Shown: positions 1-23,700 of the stretch, piece after piece
Numbering within the stretch: position 1 is the first letter of the stretch
Layout of the letters: each line of letters opens with the position of its first letter
Assembly (NCBI GenBank): GCA_002269645.1
Contig: NIVC01003218.1
Span: 1-64,000 of the forward strand
Source: Macrostomum lignano
Taxonomy: Eukaryota
Direction of reading: 5' to 3'
DNA: 64,000 nt
Program-made: the position numbers and the translations under genes
The notes under the pieces: generated by a model
Seen by the model: the letters and a program-made list of their open reading frames with translations, nothing else
The model's database searches: none
Told to the model about the DNA's origin: nothing

Positions 1-511
1 GGAGACGATCCCGACAATGTTGAGAGAAATATAAGTATCACATCCAAGAAACTTATGCCTCGCTAATTATAGATACATGTAGTTGTCAGACACCACCATC
101 AATCCAAAGAATCGGCAGGCCTCGATTCTGTTTGTAAGCTTGTCTTAGCAACTCTTTTGCTAAGACTTCAGTCTTGAATTTTCTATATCGGTGCATTCTA
201 ATAGATTGTAGCATCAATTGCTTGCTCTCTGTTCTGGACAATGATTGTCAACTCGAGTTAAGAATTGTTGGGCACGTTTGAGATATTCGTAATTAGGAAT
301 ATTGCTGCGGGTAGATTAGATTCTTAATTTGTTATTAATTTGTTAAAATCTCGATAAATCCTGTAATACTGTTATTATTTTTACAAATAAAAATCCTATT
401 CTAAATAATTGTCATTATGGCGATTGTTAAAATTTCTTACTTCGTGAATCTTTACGAATCATTTTAAGTTTTCTGTCGCAATTATTTTATTTTCTATCAT
501 ATTTTTTCTAT

Positions 512-767
512 GGGCCTTTTCATATTGCTTGTTCTGGTTCCAGAACCAGAACCAATTTGTGAAGTATAACTTTTGTCTCCATAACTAGAGGAGATACGTG
601 CAATAAGTTTTTATTATTGAATGACAATCGCCAAGAAGAAAGTGAAAATCGTGCTAAGTTAGGTTGTTAAGGCAGTCAAATATTAACAGAGTTTAATAGT
701 TATACTGCTGTTTTTCTTGGAATTCCGAACCGATTCTGGTTCTGGAATTGGTAATATGAAAAGGCCC
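512..767. mobile_element. PIF/Harbinger (Tourist)-like MITE, 256 bp
   Basis: Perfect 15-bp TIRs GGGCCTTTTCATATT (512-526) / AATATGAAAAGGCCC (753-767), identical 3-bp flanks TAT (509-511, 768-770), plus a subterminal inverted pair TTCCAGAACCAGAACC / GATTCTGGTTCTGGAA; no ORF. Confidence 0.65.
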
Positions 768-1507
768 TATAGGTACCGTGTCTGTCTGTTACTATTGTCA
801 CCTAAATAATTCAATCAATAAGACTGATCATCCAGTCACGAGACATAGCAGAGGGGCCTAACAGTTTTTATTAGGTTACTGTAATAGCCCTAGGTCTAAT
901 TTTTACTCTAAAGTTATGATTTTCGAGACTGATAGGCCTAATCTATATATTCGAGGTAATCGAGATTCGAGATTAAGCCTAATTAGTATAGGCCTATTTA
1001 CACTAAATCTATCTAACAAACCTAATAATAAAAATTGTTATTTGTTAGTCCTAAGTGTGTTTGTGACCTAGTCCTAGTGTGTACAAGTACATTACTGATA
1101 GAAAGAAAAACAATGATTATTTAATATTGAGCTTGTTAATAACTTGCTTGATCCTTGATGAATATCAAATATAAATATAATATCACAGGGCCTAGTCACA
1201 AATCTTCACTTTTCTCAAGATCTCAAAATTGAGGTTTAACCAAGAAGGCAAGATTGAGATTAAGAAAAGTGCTAAGATCTTGATGATCAAGATTCAAGAT
1301 AGGCCTTATTGTCCAACTCCTAGTTATAAATAGGGAGCCTAAATTGAATATTGAATAACCTATATATAAAGATATGTAAGATGTGTCTATAGTTTCAGTA
1401 TCAGTTTTTTAAGTTAGAGAAATTGCACTTTAAAGTTTGATCCTTTAATTGCACCTTAAAATTGGGCACAAAGTACAATTTTGAATCTTGTTTTTGGCAA
1501 AGAAAAA

Positions 1508-2023
1508 CTGGTACCTGGTAAAATGCAGAATCCACAGTAGAATTGGAATGGAATAGCACAGTAAAATGTGGAATCTGCAGTGGTATGTTAAAATGCAGAA
1601 TCAACTACAGAATCCACTAAAATGCAAAATGTAAGAATCAAAAAAAATAATTTTTAATTTTTATAGTTTTGCCTGCAGCAATGTAACTGTATAAAAAAAA
1701 GATATATAAAGAAATTTTATTATGATTCTATATTTACACAAACTGAACTAGAAATAGCAGCATCTATTAGACCTTATTCAAAGTAGTAATATAGGTTCTC
1801 TCATAAATAGTATGGCTGATAAGTATTGAAAATTATTATCATAATTTTCTCTCTAGTAGTTTGGTAAAATTTTGAAAGCTTTATTGTTATAAGATTATAT
1901 ATAATAAATCATAATACACTTCAGCTACTTTGCATTTGCAATTTAGTTTAAGTTAAGTAGATTCTGTTTCTCATTCCATATCTTACCATTCTACTGTAGA
2001 TTCCACATTTTACTGGGTGCCAG
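1508..2023. mobile_element. Degenerate non-autonomous TIR element
   Basis: About 38-bp imperfect inverted repeats (CTGGTACCTGGTAAAATGCAGAATCCACAGTAGAA vs reverse complement CTGGCACCCAGTAAAATGTGGAATCTACAGTAGAA), AAAAA on both flanks, AT-rich interior. Confidence 0.4.
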
Positions 2024-2314
2024 AAAAACCTATACTTAACATTAGGCCTAGGGACTTAAGGCTTAATAATCTTAATTTTAGTCTCTACTATACACTGGGT
2101 ATATAGCATAAAAATCTTTGTTGCTTAAGACCTTAACAAGTACTAAGTAAGGACTTATTTATGTCATAAGCTTGCTTTACAAAATCTTTAAATTATTAGA
2201 TAGCCTATATCAGAATTAAATGTAGGAAATATGTTTTTATAACTATATATTATGTCTAAAAACATATATGTTTTTAATATAAAACAGTATATATGTTTTT
2301 AGACATAATATATA

Positions 2315-3579
2315 CGAGGGATACTCTAAAAGTTTTGCAATTCGACTATTTAAAGTTAGTTTTGCCAAACTTTCTATTACAATCCTTCAAAGTAGGCTCC
2401 CCGGAACTGCAAACACTTGTGCGCTCGTCCGAGCCACTTGTTCATCAAGCCCTGGAAGTCTTCAATTGGGATGCCGTCAATCGCCTCCTTCGCCGCCTGC
2501 TCCAGCTCCTCGTCGGACTGAAACCTGCGCCCCTAAGCGACTTTTTGATTTCTGGAAAGAGCCAGAAGTCGCAGGGGGCGAGGTCTGGTGAGTAGGCCGG
2601 GTGTGGTAGCGTTGAAATGCCCTCTTGGTCCAGGAACGCTCGAGTTGCAGCAGCCGTGTGGGCGGGCGTTGTCATGGTGAAGCTTCCGCCCTCGCATTCC
2701 CATCCTTGGCGCCCTCTGGGTCACGCTGTCGATCACGACTGGTAAGCACTCTTCAGTGTACCATCGAGCAGTGACTGTAGCTTGACCCTCCAGCTTCACC
2801 ATCGCCACCACGCCTTGTGAGTCGAAGAAAATGGCAAACATCCGCTTGCCCTGGGACGGGACCGCCTTGCTTTCAGGGGTCGTTGACCACCTTCCGGCAC
2901 CACTCTGCACTGCTGCGCTTTGTCTCGACGTCAAAATGATAGAGAAACGTCTCATCACCAGTGATGACCTCAGAGCGGCGCTGATGGCTCCCGTGCTCAT
3001 ATCGATCGATGAGAAACTGACAGAACTCCATGCGGGCCTGTTCTGAGCATCTGTCAGGATGTGGGGTATCCATAGGGCACAAAGCTTCCTGACTCTCAGG
3101 TGATCGTGTAGAATTGTATCGACCGCTGCCGACCAATGCGACATTCATAGCTCCTGCGCTCCTGCAGCTGCATGCGATTTTTCCTCTGTCACTGCTGTCG
3201 GAGGTCTCCCGGGCCGGGGGTCGTCAGAAAAGCTGGTCCTGCCGGCCTGGAACTCGCGGTACAGTGTGTAACCGTAGCATATGACGGCGCTTGAGCCTCC
3301 AATGTTGCTAGTAGCTCGCATGAGTCTCAAGCGCCGTGAGCTTTCGCTTGTGGCAGTACCAAATTAGTAGCCGATTCTGCTCACGATTCATTCCATGGCT
3401 GCAGCTGTACAGTAAAGGAGTCTCTGATTTTGACTGGGGGCTGAGCAGGCGTATATGTATGAATTCACTTGAAAATTGAGGTGGGGACTATGTACATGTT
3501 TATTGTACTGAGAGTTGGTTTTGAAGATTGTGCGACTTGCGCAAGTTGTTGAATTGCAAAACTTTTAGAGTATCCCTCG
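2315..3579 (-). mobile_element. Mariner (DD34D) DNA transposon, full-length boundaries
   Basis: Perfect 29-bp TIRs CGAGGGATACTCTAAAAGTTTTGCAATTC (2315-2343; 3551-3579), TA target duplication at 2313-14 and 3580-81, internal transposase remnants. Confidence 0.95.
2377..3391 (-). pseudogene. Mariner transposase, multiply frameshifted
   Basis: Motifs spread over all three minus frames: MNREQNRLLIWY, FQAGRTSFSDDPRPGRP, LHDHLRVRKLCALWIPH, ITGDETF, LHHDNARPH, YSPDLAPCDFWLF, KCLQFRGAYFEGL*; 34 residues between the second and third Asp; several indels and an apparent deletion after VTEEK. Confidence 0.9.
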
Positions 3580-4257
3580 TACTTATAAAAACATATTTCC
3601 TCCAGTGAGATTTCAAAAGTTATTATTTAGTTTATTATTCCAATTGATAAATCTTATTTCCCGAAGAACAAAAGACACCTTCATTTTTATATTGTTTAAC
3701 TTTATTTATTTAACTCAACATTATTATTTATTATTTATTATTACCTTATCATATTAAATATTTCTTGATTAGATAGTTGAGGCCCTTTCATTTAGGCTCA
3801 TCATTAAAAGCTAATAGCTTCAAGTGGCCAAAAAGCCTAATTTGCAGTTTTAGACATTCAATAACCTATAATTCAAAAAACATGGTACAAACATAATTGT
3901 AAGTATTTATTTAGACTACCCCATTCAATTATGTCCTATATACCAAGAATGAGTTCAAGGTGGTGTACACTCCTGTGAGTGCCTGCTCAGGTTAGTTGGT
4001 ATAATGGGCAGTAATGTCTTTCGCTGGTTGTGTGACAATGTTGCTTAAAGTGCACCAGGGGGCACACAGCCTCCTGCTTTTAACTAAAAGACATCGTAAA
4101 GAAAACTAAAGGACATCTAGAATTTATAAAATATGTGGCAGACTGAGGGCAGCCAGTCCTTTCCTTATGATTAAATTTGTAGAGTTTCAAAAATGCCCCT
4201 CTTGCACGCCTGCCCCATTTCTGCTATAGCTTATCTCACCCTAATTTCTCAAAAAGA

Positions 4258-5040
4258 ATGGCCCAAGCCAGCAGCAGCTCCGAGGAGATGGCCATCAATC
4301 TGGCCGCAATTCAGAAGACAGACAAGTCTGGCTGCGAAGTGCTGGACAAGTGCACCTCTAGCGCTCTATACAAGTACGCGCAGGGCAAATGGGAGAAGTG
4401 CAATTGCGACGGGGTGTTCCTGCTGTACAGGCGCAGCGTGGCGCCTGTGTACGCTTTCATTGTGCTGAACAAGCGGAGCACTCAGAACCACGTGCAGCAC
4501 GTCACCAAAGCTATGAGCCTGCAGCTGCAGTCGCCCTTCCTGCTGTACAAAACTGAATCGGGCGAGATCCACGGCATGTGGTTCTACACCCAGCGGGACT
4601 GCGATCGCATCGGCAAGCGTGTTGGCAAGCTAGTTGAGACTCTTGGCGGCGACAGTCTGCGCGTAGCCGAGGATCGAGCAGCCGCTACCAAAGGCAAGCC
4701 GGCGAACGCTAGTCAAGCTGCCGCTGGGAAGCAGCAGCCCCAGCAGCCGCCAAAGTCTGCTCAAACTGGTGCAGATGCGGCTAACAGCATCCTGCAGATG
4801 CTTAGCCGGGCTCAGACTGATTTCACCACCCATCGTGGATTGCCGCAGCAGCAGCAGCAGCCACAACAGCCACAGCAGCAGCAACCCAAGGTGATCAGTG
4901 TAGACAGTCTCTTTGGCAGCTCAAGCAAGCAGCAGCCAGCGCCAGTCAGCAATGGCGGGCCGCCGCTGCAGCGGGATCAATACGCTGAGATTTCTCACCA
5001 GATCAAGGAGCAGCTGGGCCTCCTCAACAGCTCCGGTCTT

Positions 5041-5072
<32 letters not shown>

Positions 5073-5439
5073 GCAGCAATCCAGCGCCGCTGTCTGCAGC
5101 AATGCACAAGCAGACGAAGAGGAAGAAGAATTCCTGCTAACCCCGGGCATGCTGGAGTGCGCAGCCAGTCAGCTGATTGCCGACTGCCCGACTCAGGTGT
5201 CGCCATCGGCTCCGACGCAGTCGCCGCCGCAGCCGCGCGAGCAGCCCGGGAAAGCCAGACAGCAGCAGCAGCAGCAGGCGCCGCAGGCGTCAGTCAGCGG
5301 AGACGTCCCCGCCCTGACCAAGGAGCAGCTGCGGGAGAGCCTGCTGTACCTGTTGGAGAATGATGACGCCTTCCTCGGCTCGCTGCACCGGGCCTACGTG
5401 GCCAGCCTGCAGCGCCGGCTCGCGTCGCCGCGTTTCTGA
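4258..5439 (+). CDS. DCP1: mRNA-decapping activator DCP1 (EVH1 domain, Q-rich linker, C-terminal trimerization domain), single exon, 393 aa
   Basis: N-terminal NLAAIQKTD...ALYKY...WEK...DGVFLLYRR...FIVLNKRS...LQLQSPFLLYK...IHGMWFY and C-terminal LTKEQLRESLLYLLENDDAFLGSLHRAYVASL match DCP1A/B; AATAAA at 5888-5893. Confidence 0.93.
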
Positions 5440-6437
5440 GTCCCTGTTCCGTCGTTGCTGGTTGCTGTTGCCGCCCAGTGCAAAGGCGGGGGTTGAGGAG
5501 GTCCTTGTGAAATTGTTATTTTTTTATTGTTTGTGTCCCCAGTTGTAAAACAATAGCCCAGCATTCAAACACCCCTCCGAGTGTTCATATCTGCCTACTC
5601 ATAGTAGCAAACCATTTGGAGGTGTTTTATTTTTCTGTTGTTTGCAGTGTATATCAACAATAACAATATAAATAACAATAATACGCGTAAATTATTAGTT
5701 TGGTCTCCGATATGCTTGTTGTATAGTTGCTCTGTCCTTGAGCAGCATTTTGAGTTTTGGCCCCGCTGTGCAGCAAAACCATTCATTTGTTCTATTATGG
5801 ATGTACATTGCGTCACTTGTTGTCACAGTTGGCTGTGGCGCTGGTCATCTGCCGTGTCACGCCGGAAAATGTCGGCACTGCTTCTGGAATAAAAGCAGCC
5901 CAGCTTGTCTGTGTGTTTTACATAAGGCTCATCACCTGTTTAATTAATTTACTGATCGATTGAGATAAGACATGTCTCTGGCTGATTGGAGTCTTTAACT
6001 TTTTTTTATTAACGACTATAGCATTACAACATCATATTTTATAGGAAATCAAAAAAATTTACAATATAATTAAGATCATCTAGCATAGTAAGCTACTGCT
6101 ACTACTTACAGTAGTATAATTAATAGCTGCTGCTATCAAGATGGCAGGTTGTTGGTAATAAAACTAGCTTTTACGCACTAAAATACGATTGAATGTACAA
6201 GCTAACGATCTATCCTGGTACTCAGATTCAGTAGTACAGTATCAAAGCGTAAATATCAATAACAATTGAAAGCATCACAAATAGAGGCATTTTTGTTGAA
6301 AATCCACACTGCAATTCTCTAGTTGAACGGGTAGTTGGTTTTTTAGCTGATTTCGATATTTTTAGAGATTACCAAAGTTGTATGGTTGATAATTGAAAAT
6401 CTTGAATGCCCAGTCTGAAGCCTGAGGAGCTGTGAGG

Positions 6438-6914
6438 GCGGCCCAGCAACTGAGGATCTGGGAGGCTGGCCCAGCAACTGAGGATCTGGGAGGCTGGCCC
6501 AGCCAACTGAGGATCTGGGAGGCTGGCCCAGCAACTGAGGATCTGGGAGGCTGGCCCAGCCAACTGAGGATCTGGGAGGCTGGCCCAGCAACTGAGGATC
6601 TGGGAGGCTGGCCAAGCAACTGAGAATCTGAGAGGCTGGCCCAGCAACTGAGGATCTGGGAGGCTGGCCCAGCAACTGAGGATCTGGGAGGCTGGCCCAG
6701 CAACTGAGGATCTGAGAGACTGGCCCAGCGACTAAGGATCTGGGAGGCTGGCTCAGCAACTGAGGATCTGGGAGGCTGGCCCAGCAACTGAGGATCTGGA
6801 GGCTGGCTCAGCAACTGAGGATCTGGGAGGCTGGCTCAGCAACTGAGGATCTGGGAGGCTGGCTCAGCAACTGAGGATCTGGGAGGCTGGCTCAGCAACT
6901 GAGGATCTGGGAGG
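6438..6914. repeat. 28-29-bp minisatellite (GCCCAGCAACTGAGGATCTGGGAGGCTG)n
   Basis: About 17 near-identical tandem copies between two convergent gene 3' ends. Confidence 0.95.
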
Positions 6915-7092
6915 ATAATAGTACAGCCTTTGTCAGCAGCAAATTTGAGCAAACAAAATCCAGCACCCCCAAATCCTCAAACGGGTTTTAAAAAATTTCA
7001 CTGTGCACGGCATCACAGTTGAGTTCTAAGGATTGAAGAAGAGCAAATCGGAGGAAATGCCTCAGCCGCGAGCACCGGCCTGGCTGTCACGC

Positions 7093-9545
7093 TCAGGTGA
7101 GAACCAGATGCTCGTCAAAGCCGGTGTACATGGCGGTGCTGCCCATTTTGACCAGGTTGCGCGAATACCTGGCTGTGATGCGGATGCAGCTCGTGCACAG
7201 GAAGCTGGTCAGCAGGAAGTTCGACCGCATGCCGTAGCCGAACCGGCCCTTGTAGCCATAGTAACCAGCGACAGCTCCAGTGAGCACTGGCGCCACGGTG
7301 CTGGGTCGGGCGTTCCGCACCATCTGCTCCATCGACTGCGGCATCACTGCGTCTCCGATCTGTGACACCGGGTTTTGGACAGGGATGTCATTTACAGGTG
7401 ACTGACATGCTGTAGTGGGTTACAGACATGCTGTAGTGTGTGTTACACACATACTGTAATCGTGTGTTACAGGCATGCTGTATCGTGTGCTAAAGACATG
7501 CTGTATCATATGTTACAGAGTGTCTCATGTGCTATACAGACATGCTGTAGCATGTGTTTCAGCCAGGCTATCTGCACAAACCTCGCTCAGCGCCAGTCGA
7601 TATTCGCCTTTGCCGAAGGCCTCCCAGGCGTGCTGCATGTGCACGATCTCCAGGGTCTTCAGCACGCCCAGCGGGATGTCGATCTCCGGCTCGCCAGTGG
7701 GGGGTATCAGCTTTATCAGCTTGCCCAGAAGCTCCAGGTAGCGCTCCGCCTCGAACAGCTTCTTGATTTCGCCGCCACCGTCAAGCACATTCAGGAAGTC
7801 CGAGGCTTCCTCGTAACCGGCTATGGTGGCTCCCGCCTTCAGCACCTGGCAGATGCAAGGACTGGTGAGTCAGCTTGCGTTCTATCGGTCGTCCACACCT
7901 CAGGTCCTCCCCACCTCAGGTCCTCCCCACCTCAGGTCCTCCCCACCTCAGGTCCTCCACACCTCAGGTCCTCCCCACCTCAGGTCCTCCCCACCTCAGG
8001 TCCTCCCCACCTCAGGTCCTCCCCACCTCAGGTCCTCCCCACCTCAGGTCCTCCCCACCTCAGGTCCTCCCCACCTCAGGTCCTCCCACCTCAGGTCCTC
8101 CCCACCTCAGGTCCTCCCCACCTCAGGTCCTCCCCACCTCAGGTCCTCCCCACCTCAGGTCCTCCCCACCTCAGGTCCTCCACACCTCAGGTCCTCCCCA
8201 CCTCAGGTCCTCCCCACCTCAGGTCCTCCCCACCTCAGGTCCTCCCCACCTCAGGTCCTCCCCACCTCAGGTCCTCCCCACCTCAGGTCCTCCCCACCTC
8301 AGGTCCTCCCCACCTCAGGTCCTCCCCACCTCAGGTCCTCCCCACCTCAGGTCCTCCCCACCTCAGGTCCTCCCCACCTCAGGTTCCCCCACCTCAGGTC
8401 CTCCCACCTCAGGTCCTCCCACCTCAGGTCCTCCCCACCTCAGTTCCTCCCCACCTCAGTTCCTCCCCACCTCAGTTCCTCCCCACCTCAGTTCCTCCCC
8501 ACCTCAGGTCCTCCCCACCTCAGGTCCTCCCCACCTCAGGTCCTCCCCACCTCAGGTCCTCCCCACCTCAGTTCCTCCCCACCTCAGTTCCTCCCCACCT
8601 CAGTCCTCCCCGCCTCAGGTCCTCCCCACCTCAGGTCCTCCCCACCTCAGGTCCTCCCCACCTAAAGTCCTCCCTACCTCAGTTCCTCTCCACCTCAGGT
8701 CCTCCCCACCTCAGGTCCTCCCCACCTCAGGTCCTCCCCACCTCAGGTCCTCCCCACCTCAGTTCCTCCCCACCTCAGGTCCTCCCCACCTCAGTTCCTC
8801 CCCACCTCAGGTCCTCCCCGCCTCAGGTCCTCCCCACCTCAGGTCCTCCCCACCTCAGGTCCTCCCCACCTAAAGTCCTCCCTACCTCAGTTCCTCTCCA
8901 CCTCAGGTCATCCCCACCTCAGTTCCTCTCCACCTCAGGTCCTCCCCACCTCAGGTCCTCCACACCTCAGGTCCTCCCCAACCTCAGTTCTTCCCCTTAG
9001 TTCCCCTCAGTTCCCTGCAGCATACACTGCTGCATGCTGCTAGATGTATTTACAATTGCAACATGTACATCGCGTATTTCGCTTCTCGTTCCCAGTGTTT
9101 TAGCAGTCCCTGGCTGCCAATCCAAATCAAGGACCTCTTCTCACCTTGATACAGACCACCTGGTAGTCTTTGTCATCGAAGGCGTGCAGCGCATCGTGCA
9201 GGTCGGACACCACGGAGCCGATGGTGCCAGCCTCGCCGACTTCGTTGAAGTCCAGCCGGTGCGAGCAGCCACCACCGTCCTCATCATCAGCTCCATCATC
9301 GTCATCTCCAGCCTCCGTTTTCTCGGCGCTGAGCTCCGATTTGTTCGGCGTCTGTTTACTAATCGCCGCCGAATGATGGTCGCTATGGCAACGGACTGGG
9401 CGTGGATCGTCGGCCAGGCGGAGCGCCGGTCGGCGCAGCGCCCGGTAGCAGGCGAGGCTCTCGCGCCATCGGGCGCCGGCGCCACCGACGCCGCCGCCGC
9501 GCAGACTCAAATCGACAGCTGATCGCTCCAGGTTGGGGGCGCCCT
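7093..9545 (-). CDS. Hypothetical protein: acidic linker, three short helical repeats, C-terminal hydrophobic/Gly-rich hairpin; N-terminus unresolved
   Basis: Three phase-0-compatible exons: ~9545-9145 (..VCIK|gtgaga), 7845-7582 (gccag|VLKAG..ALSE|gtttgt), 7359-7093 (acag|IGDAVM..HLVLT*). No in-frame ATG found in the first exon. Confidence 0.6.
7893..9010. repeat. 16-bp intronic minisatellite (CCTCAGGTCCTCCCCA)n
   Basis: About 68 copies filling intron 7846-9144 of the hypothetical gene. Confidence 0.97.
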
Positions 9546-10092
9546 GTAACCGTCTCGTCCGCAGGGAGCTCTCACTCAGCTATCGGCAGAAACTGGTTGT
9601 CTGCCGAGCTCACGCTGCTTCTGCTGATGCTACTTTTTTAATTGTCTTTTTTCGATTAAAAAGCCAGTGTGGCTGTTAGAGAGCGAACGAGCGGTCTTTG
9701 CTACCTGACAGCTCTGCACCTGTTCAAAAGTGGCCCAGTGTGCCTGTCTCTCTAAAGCAACAAATCTCTGCACTCGTTTATTGCTTCTCTCAGTACAGCT
9801 GGCTGCAGGCAGACCTGTCTTTTGCCCCGAAGATTTGCCCCGGGGCAGTGAGACTGTGCGGCCCCGGGGTGTGCGAGCGGTTCGTCACGGGCGGCTGGCT
9901 GGTGGCGGGCTGCATTTTCTGCCCCTTACTGACTAAGATATCTTAGATGCGAATAACTACTCTTTCGGGCTTTGAGCACGCGACTTCGGGTTGGCTCTCT
10001 TAGAAGGGGAGAAGAGTGGACGGAAGTTTTTCCTGGGAGCAGAAAAATGTACAGTAGATGTACTTGTAATATATAGAATGGAGTCAGTGAGT

Positions 10093-10291
<199 letters not shown>

Positions 10292-11089
10292 AGCGGCAGC
10301 GAAACCCTCTGAGTTAACTTTGAATATAGTTCGAATTAAAATAGACGCGGCACGTACTACTTTTTAATAGCCGCGTAAGTAGCCGATGACAGTTTTTTTA
10401 CCGAAAATTGTACAGCTCAGAGTAAATTTACAATAATCGGAGTTGATGTGGAAGATATCAAACGCACTTAAAGCATTGACTTCTCACTACCCCACTCTTC
10501 TTAATCTCGCTATCTTCACGGTCCTCCGACACTGGCCTCTCAACTGCACCCAAATGCTCTCCCCGTCTTTAATAAGATCTACTAAAGCCTCTCCCATGGT
10601 ATAGGCGCCACGGAAACGTCAGCCCAACCAGCCAATCAGAATCGAGCAAGCAGATCACCAGTCGACTTCAGTGAGTTTTCATTGGCCAGTCACTCCAGGC
10701 AGCTTCATCGGGCATTGGCAATAAAACGGGACTGCAGGTTAAGCCTTGGCTGCCTACGCATATCAGAGCACTATCAATGCATGCCCGATGCCCTTTCCAA
10801 GAACGCGCTACACAATCACCAGGCGGGATTCTTTGATCCCCAGGAAGTTTGACACGACAAGGCTGGCCAGGACTCAGCGATTAACCAACTCCGGCTTATT
10901 TAAGGTAGGAATTCGCTACAATATGCTGCACTTTTTGAGCACTTTTCCTTCCCTCTTTTCATCTGCTCTTAGAGTTTATGATGCGGCCCATCTCAACCGG
11001 GTGCTCATCCAATACGCATTTCATATGTCTTCCCACCTGCTGCACTCCCTTCAAACCACTCTGCCCTCTACATATTCTCCCCATCTAAC

Positions 11090-11575
11090 TATTTCCCTTA
11101 CCTACTCTCCCATCTGTCTACTCTCCCATCTCACTCTCTACTCTCCCATCTGTCTACTCTCCCATCTATCTACTCCCCTATTTATCTACTCTCCCATCTA
11201 TCTACTCTCCCATCTGTCTACTCTCCTATCTGTCTACTCTCCCATCTATCTACTCTCCCATCTGTCTACTCTCCTATCTGTCTACTCTCCCATCTATCTA
11301 CTCTAACATCTGTCTACTCTCCCATCTATCTACTCTCCCATCTACCTACTCTCCCATCTATCTACTCTCCCATCTACCTACTCTCCCATCTATCTACTCT
11401 CCCATCTACCTACTCTCCCATCTATCTACTCTCCCATCTACCTACTCTCCCATCTATCTACTCTCCCATCTGTCTATCTACTCTCCCATCTGTCTACTCT
11501 CCCATCTGTCTACTCTCCCATCTATCTACTCTCCTATCTGTCTACTCTCCCCTCTATCTACTCTCCCTCCATCCT
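11090..11575. repeat. 16-bp pyrimidine-rich minisatellite (TCTACTCTCCCATCTR)n
   Basis: About 30 tandem copies. Confidence 0.93.
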
Positions 11576-11877
11576 TCCCCTGTTTCCCTGTCTGCCTCAG
11601 CACTCCCCCCACACGGCACTCCCGCTAAAAAAACACAGTGCTAAAAACCCTGCGTGACAATCAGCTGCAGCCCAGCTCAAAGTGTGAGACTGTCTGCTTT
11701 GTCTCAGAGCCACTCTCGATCCCACAGTCCCGCTTCATCAGAGCAAGAGATGCTGCTGGCCGATCCTTCCTGACCTACACGGCCATCCCTCCCTGAGTTA
11801 CTCATCTCGCTATCTTTCACACGTGTAAGAATTTCTCTGAACAGCATCGCTCCTCCCCCGCCTACTTACCTGCTCAG

Positions 11878-22774
<10,897 letters not shown>

Positions 22775-23700
22775 GTAACCGCGTTGAATCAGCTGACTGA
22801 TTTGTTGAACTTTAGTTATTCAGTTTTGTACTTTTTCTAAAGTACTTGCTGCTTTATTAATCAAATTCATCATTCTCGCATTTAGAATAGGAAAAAGTGA
22901 AATAGTTGATTTGTCAGTCAATATCATGCTCAATAAATATGCAGGCCTGCTAAATAGTATTGCTGTGACCTTTAAATGAGCATCTAACAAGCGTCTATTA
23001 TGATTATTTTCGGTGTACATGATGTTTCAAATCATGTGCATGATGGTTTAAGTGTTGTACATTCTGGTTACAATAATGTAAATGATGATTAAAACAAAGT
23101 AAATGCTGGTTAAAATAATGCACATGATTGTTAAATTATTCACATGATTGTTAAATGATGTACATGAGGATTAGAATTATTTACGAGGCTTGTACATGTA
23201 CATAATGCTTACAATGTTGCACATGCTCTATGCGAATGCGGACAGAGCACACTAATATATGAGAAAGTTTCACGACAGGTGTTTTCTAGTTCCGTTTTCG
23301 ATGAATCCCTAAAAATTCCGAAGAAATATCCCGCATATACTACTTAACTTTCCTGCGCAAGCGAGTCGCCGGTTAGCAACCAGTATGATTTCTGGAGGGC
23401 ATCCGCAACGGCCGCTGGCCAGATGGGAAAGCGAAAATGACAGGAAAAAATACGCAAAAAGCGCAGTGGAGGCAGCCAAGATGTTTAACTGGGCCGGTCG
23501 GGTCTGACTAACGCTGGGACGGGGATTGGGGATCGGAGCCGACACAGGGGGAGCTGGTGACTAATATTCTTCAGCTGCTACCTCCGAATATGCTGGCGGC
23601 TAACTGTGGGGGGGGGTGGTTGAAATCCGTACTTGGGATAAACGGAGGGGATAAAACTGGGAAGAAGGCGACCAAGCGCAGGCCCCGTAGGAAATGTGCG

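Noticed and set aside
7252-7265. X-box GTAGCCATAGTAAC
   Set aside because: It lies inside a terminal coding exon; chance matches are expected.
7438-9000. Long ORFs running through tandem repeats (also 14251, 15214, 25984, 32020, 42731, 55832, 56653, 60228)
   Set aside because: They are stop-free only because the repeat unit lacks stops; the arrays lie in introns or intergenic DNA.
10746-11090. LINE ORF2 C-terminal remnant
   Set aside because: Only a vague resemblance; no reverse-transcriptase motifs nearby.
23557-23700. N-terminal extension of the EGF protein from the ORF track
   Set aside because: It starts at a non-ATG codon; ATG 23701 directly precedes a clear signal peptide.
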